Shown: positions 17,216-24,035 of the stretch, one piece after another
Position numbering within the stretch: position 1 is the first letter of the stretch
Layout: every line of letters begins with the position of its first letter
Virus record (IMG/VR): IMGVR_UViG_3300030381_000056
DNA: 57,117 bases
Direction: 5' to 3' (one strand)
Source: a virus
Notes under the pieces: model-generated
What the model was told of the DNA's origin: nothing
The model's input: only the letters and a program-made list of their open reading frames with translations
Databases searched by the model: none
Program-made: the position numbers and the translations under genes

Positions 17216-17905
17216 CTATTCATTCGCATTTGTGTTGTTTCTGTCATACGCTCCGGAATCGGTCAACATTGATTTATTTTGTCCAAAATCTGTGTCTAAT
17301 CGTGGGAGCTGATCGGCTGTCCTGGTTATTTTGTGTACAATCTCTTGCTGTGTGGTCTGTTTCCTCCCGTGGTCGTTGTTTAATCGTTCCGTTGCTCCTA
17401 GCGCATTCCGCAGATTAAAAGCGACAAGTTGATCGCAATCCGCATCATCTAACCAATTTACAAAAGCTTTTCTGACCTCGTCCATGCTCGATGTACTTGA
17501 TTTTGTCCTCCATGCACTTAAAGCCTGTTTAGATATACCTGTTAATATCTTAAATGTATCAGCTGTAGCAGTCATATCATAAGCATTAGCTAACTCCCTA
17601 AGATATAAATAAACCTCATACAACAGATCTATGTTGTACGCATTGTAGTTAGTTAACATTTGATTAATACTATTATCCACTACGTTTTTTGGTATATCTT
17701 TTAATACATTGTTAGGTCTTATATAATTATTATATATATACTGCATGGCACCATTAAAAACCGGTTGCCGTTGTGATCTCATGTCATCGATGCCATAAGC
17801 TGCACAATAATCGTCAAAGTATTTACGGATATTTTTTTTAATCTCGTCAATGTTTGGAATCTCTCTGACGTCCTGCACCGCTCTGCACCTCCTAAAAATC
17901 CGCAT
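17216..17905 (-). CDS. Candidate terminase small subunit / DNA-packaging HTH protein
   Basis: 229 aa, first gene after a long non-coding region. Central HTH-like FKILTGISKQALSAWR resembles TerS DNA-binding motifs. Assignment is tentative. Confidence 0.4.
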   Translation of the reverse strand: MRIFRRCRAVQDVREIPNIDEIKKNIRKYFDDYCAAYGIDDMRSQRQPVFNGAMQYIYNNYIRPNNVLKDIPKNVVDNSINQMLTNYNAYNIDLLYEVYLYLRELANAYDMTATADTFKILTGISKQALSAWRTKSSTSSMDEVRKAFVNWLDDADCDQLVAFNLRNALGATERLNNDHGRKQTTQQEIVHKITRTADQLPRLDTDFGQNKSMLTDSGAYDRNNTNANE

Positions 17906-18438
17906 AAAAAATCACTAGGCATCACTTAATAAACCCATGCTTTTTTGATCTCATCAACGTGTATCAGTAAAAACATAAATCTAAAAAAGTGACAAGCTAG
18001 TGACTTCTTGTCGTTTCCGGTCTGTCGGCTCCGGTGGTCTTGGTTGCAATCTAGGCGGCTGCATATCCAGAGGGGGATGGATTTGTACCGCTGTCACTCG
18101 CACCGTGTTAACGTCGGCTCCCTAACTGCTTTTATCATACCATAAGTGCTATTTATAAATCTACAACAACCTTTTACGCATTTGACGATTTGTTATTGTG
18201 GTATGTCTGCCGGTGATCTTGAGCAAATAAAAATCATGCGATTAAAAAATATCATCCGGTTAAATTTGATAAATGGGATTATTTGACAGACAGACAGGTG
18301 ATTTTTGCAGATGGGTGTATGGTGGGAGCTGGTCAGCTCTAGTATTTATATATACTTGGTATATCATTGTCTTTCTGCACTTATTTATTTTTATTTTATT
18401 TAATCTCCTTTTATTTAATCTAATCTATACTAATCTGC

Positions 18439-18468
18439 GTCTACAAAATGTCTACAATTTGTCTACAA
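18439..18468. repeat. Three direct GTCTACAA repeats with 11-bp phasing
   Basis: Copies at 18439, 18450 and 18461, in an AT-rich non-coding region upstream of 17905. Confidence 0.7.
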
Positions 18469-18510
18469 AATTTAGCGCGTTAAAATGTCGCAGTGAAAAT
18501 AGATCAAGAA

Positions 18511-18532
18511 AAGCAGGCTGTTGCACCTGCTT
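18511..18532 (-). terminator. Rho-independent terminator after ORF 18542..18844
   Basis: Minus strand AAGCAGG-tgcaacag-CCTGCTT followed by TTCTTG. Confidence 0.55.
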
Positions 18533-18541
18533 AATTCCTGT

Positions 18542-18844
18542 TTATGCTATTGCTTTTCCCGTTCTTCTGATCCGTTCCGCTCTTGCTGTGATCCGGTCAA
18601 TTAGTGCCCTGTCAGCGTATGCGGTTTTGCTGGTCAATAACTCTGCATCTGTCATACTGTCCAGTGCTTGGAGCGTTTCCGCTTGCACCGTTTCCAGTGC
18701 TTGTAGTTCTGCCCGGTTAAATTCTTTCAGCCGTTCGGATTCCGTTGTTTCCAGTTGCTCTCGGTAGTACCGGAAGAACTGCCGGACGTTTGAGCGGATC
18801 CGGGCGGCTTTCTTTGCTGTGATCTGCTCCGGTGTGCCTGTCAT
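18542..18844 (-). CDS. Hypothetical helical protein (100 aa), GC-richer than its surroundings
   Basis: Overlaps the upstream RHH gene stop (ATGA-type coupling). Confidence 0.55.
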   Translation of the reverse strand: MTGTPEQITAKKAARIRSNVRQFFRYYREQLETTESERLKEFNRAELQALETVQAETLQALDSMTDAELLTSKTAYADRALIDRITARAERIRRTGKAIA

Positions 18845-19293
18845 GCTTTCTGCTCCTTTTCTCTTTGTATTCGTTCCATACCTTGCTTATAAATTTCTTC
18901 CGCTTCTTTCCTCTTGCGTTCTACCCATTCAACATTGCTTTCGTCTGGCCGCTGTCCGGGTAAGCCTGCCCATTTCGGAGGATGTTTTATAACTGGTTTA
19001 ACTTCTCCATGCTCTCTAGCGGCTCTTTCTGCCGCTGTTTTGGCTTGTAAAGCGTGTAGCCGTTCATTTGCCTGCATGAGTGCGATTTTCTCGTCTATGG
19101 GGCTTTTAGAGCCTGTCACGGGTGTTTCTTTCGGTTGCTCTGTTACTGTCTGCGGCTGTACTGGTTGCAATGCTGCAATCACGGCACCTATAACAAACTG
19201 GTTGACACTTACACAGTTCTTTTCTGCTTGCGCTTTGATCTGCGGTTCTAGGTCTTTCGGGAATCTAATCATTTGGTTAAATGTTTCCGCCAT
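18841..19293 (-). CDS. Ribbon-helix-helix (CopG/omega/ParG-like) DNA-binding protein with extended C-terminus
   Basis: N-terminus MAETFNQMIRFPKDLEPQIKAQAEKNCVSVNQFVIGAVIAAL fits beta-alpha-alpha. AAGGAGG RBS. A repeat array lies immediately upstream. Confidence 0.6.
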   Translation of the reverse strand: MAETFNQMIRFPKDLEPQIKAQAEKNCVSVNQFVIGAVIAALQPVQPQTVTEQPKETPVTGSKSPIDEKIALMQANERLHALQAKTAAERAAREHGEVKPVIKHPPKWAGLPGQRPDESNVEWVERKRKEAEEIYKQGMERIQREKEQKA

Positions 19294-19312
19294 TTTAGCA
19301 CCTCCTTTTCTT

Positions 19313-19411
19313 GTGATATCATTTATGTGATATCATTAGTTTTTTGTGATATCATTTGTGTGATATCATGACATCATTAGTGTGATATCACTTGTTTGAT
19401 ATCGTGATATC
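19313..19411. repeat. Array of about 7 GTGATATCA repeats (6 exact, 1 degenerate)
   Basis: Copies start at 19313, 19327, 19346, 19360, 19381 and 19403, plus TTGATATCG at about 19395. The array abuts the RBS of the RHH gene. Confidence 0.85.
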
Positions 19412-19420
19412 ACTATAGCA

Positions 19421-19829
19421 TTTTGTGCCTTATATGTCAATATGTTTTTGTGCCTTATTTTAATATTTTTTCGTCATGCTCCAGTTTTTCCGCAACAGCT
19501 AATTTTATAAAATCATTTACACTCTTATAACCTAATTTATTGATGCGGTCTTTTGTGCCAGTTGCAAAACGGCAATTCACCCGTTCAAATTTGTTGTCGT
19601 ATTTGTAAATCGCTTTTCTTGTTGCATCTGTAGTTTTTCGCTCCATTGTTTGCACCTCCTTATATAAATGTATCTTTATTATATTTGTTTGTGCCTTATA
19701 TGTCAATATTATTTTTTATCTACTATAATATAATCATGTTTTTTGTGCCTTATATATTTTGCACAACAAAAGAGCTTATTTTGTGCCTTATATTTGTATA
19801 TTATTGCATCTTGCTTTTGTGCCTTATAT
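19421..19829. repeat. Six same-orientation copies of TTTGTGCCTTAT(AT) bracketing the small RHH gene
   Basis: Copies at 19421, 19446, 19688, 19742, 19780 and 19816. Copies 1 and 3 share 22 bp (TTTGTGCCTTATATGTCAATAT). Confidence 0.85.
19455..19646 (-). CDS. Small ribbon-helix-helix-like protein (63 aa)
   Basis: MERKTTDATRKAIYKYDNKFERVNCRFATGTKDRINKLGYKSVNDFIKLAVAEKL; AAGGAGG RBS before ATG 19646. Confidence 0.55.
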   Translation of the reverse strand: MERKTTDATRKAIYKYDNKFERVNCRFATGTKDRINKLGYKSVNDFIKLAVAEKLEHDEKILK

Positions 19830-19944
19830 CTGTTATAGTTATCTCAACAAATAAAAAAGCCGCCCGGCATCCTGCAAGACTTCCGAGCGGCACCCAAAAA
19901 GAAAGGCACCCAAATTATAACACGGGTGAAAAGGTAAAAGCAAT

Positions 19945-20346
19945 ATGTTGAAAACAAATTGTAAAAAGGCAATGGAGAACATAAAAAAGGAAATTATTGA
20001 CGCTTACGAATCAGCGGAAGAATATTATACCTTTAACGGCAGGGAAGCGAAGAAAGAATACAACGATATTTGTAAAGATATCATGAACGCATTTTACATT
20101 GAAAAAGTAAAATATGATTGCAGGAGAATGAGCCGCCAAGAATTATTTATTGACTGGATGTCAGGACTTCCAACCGCTTTCCCTGTATCTGATGAAATTT
20201 ATTTGCGTTCTGCATCCGACTGGGTGGGAAAAATCTTGGAGCAGGCAGAAGAAGAAAAAGCAAAATACACCGAGGAAGAATCCGAAAAATTAGCTTGCTA
20301 TTTGCTTTTCAGGGAACTTGAAAAACACGCAAGCAAGGCAAAATAA
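19945..20346 (+). CDS. Hypothetical protein (133 aa), first gene of the plus-strand accessory block
   Basis: Intact ORF, acidic and helical; no motif recognised. Confidence 0.55.
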   Translation: MLKTNCKKAMENIKKEIIDAYESAEEYYTFNGREAKKEYNDICKDIMNAFYIEKVKYDCRRMSRQELFIDWMSGLPTAFPVSDEIYLRSASDWVGKILEQAEEEKAKYTEEESEKLACYLLFRELEKHASKAK

Positions 20347-20358
20347 GAGGTTAACAGT

Positions 20359-20436
20359 ATGAAAATTATAACCGCTTTAGTTTCCGGCATTGCTGCCGGG
20401 TACATCATCAGATATTACAGAGAGTTAAGCAAGTAA
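20359..20436 (+). CDS. Small TM peptide (25 aa)
   Basis: MKIITALVSGIAAGYIIRYYRELSK; AAGAGG RBS; followed by a terminator. Confidence 0.4.
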   Translation: MKIITALVSGIAAGYIIRYYRELSK

Positions 20437-20448
20437 GATAGGCTTACA

Positions 20449-20476
20449 ACCGGGATCGAGTCCCGGTCTTGCTTTT
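20449..20476 (+). terminator. Rho-independent terminator
   Basis: ACCGGGA-tcgag-TCCCGGT followed by CTTGCTTTT. Confidence 0.55.
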
Positions 20477-20519
20477 ACCCGGAAACGGGAAAATTTGAAA
20501 AATGCGGAGGATCGAGAAA

Positions 20520-20858
20520 ATGAAAATTATAGAAAAATCGAAAATGCCTGACGGTACATTAATACAGCTAGAGGATTGGCACGATAAAAACACAAAAGAT
20601 TATATGGATTTATATGGCTATGAGATAGGTGCATATCCAGTTGCTAAAAATTCCGGTTGTTGTGGATGGGTAAAATCCGGGAAAAAATTTAGGATATCAA
20701 TTAGTTATAATAAATATGCAAATTATACTGATGAAATGGTGTTGAGTGATTTTGAATCGTTAAAAAATGGAGAAAAAACATTATCAGATTTAAAAGATCA
20801 TTTTTTTAATAACTTTAAAGATCAATTTTATTTAGGAATCATAGATTTTGAACCTTGA
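20520..20858 (+). CDS. Hypothetical protein (112 aa), AT-rich
   Basis: GGAGG RBS 10 nt before ATG 20520. Confidence 0.55.
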   Translation: MKIIEKSKMPDGTLIQLEDWHDKNTKDYMDLYGYEIGAYPVAKNSGCCGWVKSGKKFRISISYNKYANYTDEMVLSDFESLKNGEKTLSDLKDHFFNNFKDQFYLGIIDFEP

Positions 20859-20877
20859 CAGCCGCCGCAGAGGATGC

Positions 20878-20905
20878 CCGCCGGATCACTACCGGCGGCG
20901 GTTTT
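20878..20905 (+). terminator. Rho-independent terminator
   Basis: CCGCCGG-atcacta-CCGGCGG followed by CGGTTTTAT. Confidence 0.55.
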
Positions 20906-20948
20906 ATGGGTAGAATTTACCCAAAAAATGAAAAAGGAGGTTGCCAGG

Positions 20949-21065
20949 ATGAAAGAAAAGAACCTTGATAGACTTTACAAGCTGTTGGAACGTGCGGAGC
21001 GAGAGCAAGACACGGAGACAACTGCCGCCCTGCGGTGGGCAATTTTTGAACTTGAAAACAGATAA
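20949..21065 (+). CDS. Small helical protein (38 aa)
   Basis: MKEKNLDRLYKLLERAEREQDTETTAALRWAIFELENR; AAGGAGG RBS 8 nt upstream. Confidence 0.45.
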   Translation: MKEKNLDRLYKLLERAEREQDTETTAALRWAIFELENR

Positions 21066-21089
21066 AAGACGGCTTACAACCGTCTTTTT
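21065..21089 (+). terminator. Rho-independent terminator
   Basis: AAAGACGG-cttacaa-CCGTCTTT followed by TT. Confidence 0.65.
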
Positions 21090-21176
21090 GTCGTGTCCTG
21101 TGTGATCTGCTGCCGTTTGGCGGTCTACTTGTGTTACTATTCCAACGGATCCGGTCAGATCCTTCTTCCGGATATA

Positions 21177-21206
21177 TTGACGGCTTGCGCTGTCTTGGTG
21201 TACAAT
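21177..21206 (+). promoter_or_regulatory. Sigma-A-type promoter
   Basis: TTGACG - 18 nt - TACAAT, 28 nt upstream of ATG 21235. Confidence 0.5.
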
Positions 21207-21234
21207 CAAATATTGCAAGGGGGATTTTGTCAAA

Positions 21235-21429
21235 ATGCGAAAAGTGGGAATCGGTCATGTATACGACATTATGGAGAGCGTAGCGGATGCCGGGAAACGG
21301 CTGGAAACCGTTTTAAATGTAGAATCTGCCAGGGGATGTCTGTCTCCGGAATCTGCGGAGCTGTTGCGGTCTGCGTATGGTTCCATGCTTTCGGCAGTCG
21401 GAGACCTTGCGAAAGCTGCGACACGGTGA
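21235..21429 (+). CDS. Hypothetical small protein (64 aa) in a GC-rich patch
   Basis: AAGGGGGA RBS and own promoter. Several overlapping ORFs on both strands here are treated as shadows. Confidence 0.45.
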   Translation: MRKVGIGHVYDIMESVADAGKRLETVLNVESARGCLSPESAELLRSAYGSMLSAVGDLAKAATR

Positions 21430-21508
21430 ACGGGTGACAGGTCCAGGACTTGCACCGCAAAAGTGAACAAGTGTTCCGCACCTTGAATCGGTCTGAAAAA
21501 AATCAGCG

Positions 21509-21735
21509 AAAAATCTCTGAAAACGGATTTTTCAGCTTGAAAAGTGCTACCCCGGGGGGTATTTTGAAAAAGGCATTATATTTTGACGAAAAAATTTTCT
21601 TTCAAAAACCTCTGAAAACGAGATTTTCGGTTGAAAATGCAGACCTACGGGGGTATCAAAAGAAACACATTAAAATTTTTTACGAAAAAAGTCTCAAAAA
21701 ATGAGATTTTTAATAAACCTATAGGGGGAAATATT
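21509..21735 (+). repeat. About 2.4 tandem copies of a degenerate 95-bp unit forming the leader of the downstream gene
   Basis: CTCTGAAAACG at 21515 and 21610. Each unit has an A/T hairpin and an ACC(Y)A..GGGGG box. The last GGGGG is the RBS of ATG 21736. Confidence 0.7.
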
Positions 21736-22596
21736 ATGAATTGCTACAAGTGTGGTAAAGAAATGAGAGTTGTTCCGGAACAGGTGGCTACGGATGAGAA
21801 AGGTCTTCCTGTGTATCACAGAATAGGTTATTGTGATTCTTGCATGTCTAAATTTGATATTGACATTTTGGAACAGCAAAAAAATCAGACAGTTCAGAAC
21901 AATCAAAAGCCGCCTAAGAAAAAGCAGAGCACATTAAGTACGTTGGCGGCTGTGTTTTCTATTTTGACATTTACTATTCCGGTTGCTGTTATTCTTGCAA
22001 TAATCGACATTGCTACTGGTGATAAAAAGAATAAATTGCATACTGGTTCGTGGTTTGCCATTATATGGTGTGTTCTTGCAATCATAGTTTACAACATAGG
22101 TAACAAACCTGGTGACGATGTTTCTATACCTATTGCAGAAGTAAAAGTTTCTGTAGAATCTACAGAGGAACAGACACCGGAGCCTATCATAAATAAGTCA
22201 GATACTGTCATTTATCCCGGTTACACATTTGATGCAGACGGTTTACAAGTCACAATAAATGACTTTGACCTTAACTTCACCGATTATGAGGATGAATACG
22301 GTTGGAACACTCCGGCAGACGGAATGAAATACATAATGATTGATGTTTCCTATCAGAATAATAGCAAAGATGATAAGTATGTAAGTATCTATGATTTCCA
22401 GTGCTACGCAGACAATACAGATTGTGAACAAAATTACAGTGTTGTGGAAAACTCTTCGTTAAATGCGAATATTTCAAGTGGAAGAAATACCTCTTACAAA
22501 ATTGCATTTGTAGTTCCACAAGGTGCACAGAGTATTGAACTGGAATATGAAACAAGTATATGGACCGGTCATAAAGAGGTCATAAAATTACAATAG
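21736..22596 (+). CDS. Zinc-ribbon / TM / DUF4352-like extracellular domain protein (possible superinfection-exclusion or surface moron)
   Basis: MNCYKCGKEM...CDSC, two hydrophobic segments, C-terminal beta-rich domain (..YIMIDVSYQNNSKDDKYVSIYDFQCY..). Confidence 0.55.
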   Translation: MNCYKCGKEMRVVPEQVATDEKGLPVYHRIGYCDSCMSKFDIDILEQQKNQTVQNNQKPPKKKQSTLSTLAAVFSILTFTIPVAVILAIIDIATGDKKNKLHTGSWFAIIWCVLAIIVYNIGNKPGDDVSIPIAEVKVSVESTEEQTPEPIINKSDTVIYPGYTFDADGLQVTINDFDLNFTDYEDEYGWNTPADGMKYIMIDVSYQNNSKDDKYVSIYDFQCYADNTDCEQNYSVVENSSLNANISSGRNTSYKIAFVVPQGAQSIELEYETSIWTGHKEVIKLQ

Positions 22597-22611
22597 AATA
22601 TAGGATTTTAA

Positions 22612-22637
22612 GGGCATCCGCAAGGGTGCTCTTTTTT
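22612..22637 (+). terminator. Rho-independent terminator
   Basis: GGGCATCC-gcaa-GGGTGCTC followed by TTTTTT. Confidence 0.65.
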
Positions 22638-22638
22638 G

Positions 22639-22667
22639 TTGCGAACCTACGTTCTTCATGATATAAT
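22639..22667 (+). promoter_or_regulatory. Sigma-A-type promoter with about 190-nt leader before the Rha-like gene
   Basis: TTGCGA - 17 nt - TATAAT. Confidence 0.55.
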
Positions 22668-22860
22668 ATGTGTCAGTTAGGAAGTCTTGCACCACGTCCG
22701 GCGAGTGAAAGCTGATTAGACAGCCTAGATTGTAACCAAGACCCGGAATAAAGACAGACCAAAAAAAGATTGGAAGCTCGCTACTCCAACAGTAACAGGG
22801 GTAGTGGGCTTATTTTTATGCTCTTCTGCCCCATGACAATGTATTTGTTGGAGGTAGAAA

Positions 22861-23508
22861 ATGTTAGTTGAAATCAAAACAGTAAACAAAGAAGAAGTAA
22901 CCGTTGTAACAAGCCTTGATGTGGCTGAAACGTTTGGAAAAGAGCATAAACGTGTCATGCAGGACATAAGAGAACTTGATTGTAGTGAAGAATTTAGAGA
23001 GCACAATTTCGTGCCTATCTCTTATACAGATAGTATTAACAGGAAAAAACCTATGTTTGTTATGACAAGAGACGGCTTTACTCTTCTTGCTATGGGATAC
23101 ACTGGTGAAAAAGCAATGCAGTTCAAGGAAGCCTATATTAAGCAATTCAAAGCAATGGAAAAAGCCCTTATTGGGAAAATACGAGAACGTGAAAAGGGAA
23201 TCGGTGTCCGCAGGGTACTTACGGATAGTTTGCAGAGGACTTCCGAAAATGAACGGATGCACGGTCATGCATACTCTACCTACACCGATTTGATTTATAA
23301 ATCAGTATTCGGAAAAACCGCAAAGCAATTACGGCTTGACCTTAATATTGGCAACAAAGAAAACATCCGGGATTATCTGACTGAGGAAGAACTACTGTTA
23401 GTTCAGAATGCAGAAATGCTTGTAAGTTCACTGGTTGGATACGGTTGGGGATACGGAGAAATTAAGGAATTTTTGGAAAATAAGTCGGTGAATAAACTGG
23501 TCGGATGA
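22861..23508 (+). CDS. Rha-family phage regulatory protein
   Basis: N-terminus VTSLDVAETFGKEHKRVMQDIREL...FVMTRDGFTLLAMGYTGEKAMQFKEAYIKQF matches the Rha family pattern. Confidence 0.75.
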   Translation: MLVEIKTVNKEEVTVVTSLDVAETFGKEHKRVMQDIRELDCSEEFREHNFVPISYTDSINRKKPMFVMTRDGFTLLAMGYTGEKAMQFKEAYIKQFKAMEKALIGKIREREKGIGVRRVLTDSLQRTSENERMHGHAYSTYTDLIYKSVFGKTAKQLRLDLNIGNKENIRDYLTEEELLLVQNAEMLVSSLVGYGWGYGEIKEFLENKSVNKLVG

Positions 23509-23557
23509 TAGACACCCTAGATTCAATCTAGTGCATTTTTATTTTTTGGAAAAATGC

Positions 23558-23599
23558 TTGACTTGTATCTCGAAACATTATATAATGTATCTCGAAACA
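23558..23599 (+). promoter_or_regulatory. Promoter with duplicated operator-like TGTATCTCGAAACA
   Basis: TTGACT - 17 nt - TATAAT. The 14-mer occupies the spacer (23564..23577) and the region just after -10 (23586..23599). Confidence 0.6.
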
Positions 23600-23604
23600 A
23601 GGAG

Positions 23605-23787
23605 GTGATAACCATAGCACCTAAAAGCAGAGCCGATTACTTCAAAGAGCGAAGAAAGAAAACAAAAAATTTTAGTGTTGAAATCGAAAAGGAAAAGTTT
23701 GAGAAGTTAGAGGAAAAACTTTCCCAAAAAGGATTGACTAAAACGAAATGGTTTAACGAAAAAGTTGATGAAGAAATAGGAAACTAA
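23605..23787 (+). CDS. Small RHH-like basic protein; start codon uncertain (no ATG after the promoter; GTG 23605 or ATA 23614)
   Basis: ..APKSRADYFKERRKKTKNFSVEIEKEKFEKLEEKLSQKGLTKTKWFNEKV; AAGGAGG at 23599..23605. Confidence 0.45.
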   Translation: MITIAPKSRADYFKERRKKTKNFSVEIEKEKFEKLEEKLSQKGLTKTKWFNEKVDEEIGN

Positions 23788-23912
23788 AAAAGAAGGAGCA
23801 GCCATACCAGCAAAGTAACCGGCTGCTCCTTTACCCCAAAAGGATTATGTAAATTATAGCACTGCATCTTCCTTTTGGCAAATTATTTTTTGATTAAATG
23901 GAGGAGCTGAAA

Positions 23913-24017
23913 ATGAGAGAAGAACTTATCAAAAAAATTATCTGTAACCTTGAAAATACCAGCATTCATTTCCTCAAATGCATATTGGCATATACAAATA
24001 TACTTTGTGATAGATAA
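23913..24017 (+). CDS. Small hypothetical protein (34 aa)
   Basis: GGAGG RBS; MREELIKKIICNLENTSIHFLKCILAYTNILCDR. Confidence 0.35.
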   Translation: MREELIKKIICNLENTSIHFLKCILAYTNILCDR

Positions 24018-24035
24018 AAAGAAAGGAAAAATAAT

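Noticed and set aside
19313-19829. Possible CRISPR array (dense short repeats)
   Set aside because: The repeats are only 9-14 bp, with irregular 5-55 bp spacing and no 25-40 bp repeat/spacer periodicity. No cas genes are present. The pattern fits operator or iteron sites around RHH genes.
20425-20476. Mini tRNA-like fold (AAGCAAG...CTTGCTT acceptor-like pairing plus CCGGG-ATCGAGT-CCCGG T-arm-like hairpin) and the GGCTTACAACCG 12-mer shared with 21071..21082
   Set aside because: It is too short for a tRNA (about 50 nt, with no D or anticodon arms). Both sites are better explained as intrinsic terminators following small ORFs.
20904-21481. Six mutually overlapping ORFs on both strands
   Set aside because: They are artefacts of a GC-rich, stop-poor patch. 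Only 21235..21429 has a promoter and RBS.
21515-21640. Guanidine-II (mini-ykkC) riboswitch, because hairpin loops contain ACGG/ACGA
   Set aside because: The stems are A/U-only and the loops are not C-G-closed ACGR tetraloops. The hairpins are 95 nt apart rather than closely tandem.
21450-21704. 84-aa ORF across the 95-bp tandem repeats
   Set aside because: It has a non-ATG start, no RBS, and its sequence merely translates the repeats. It was kept only as an alternative in the finding.
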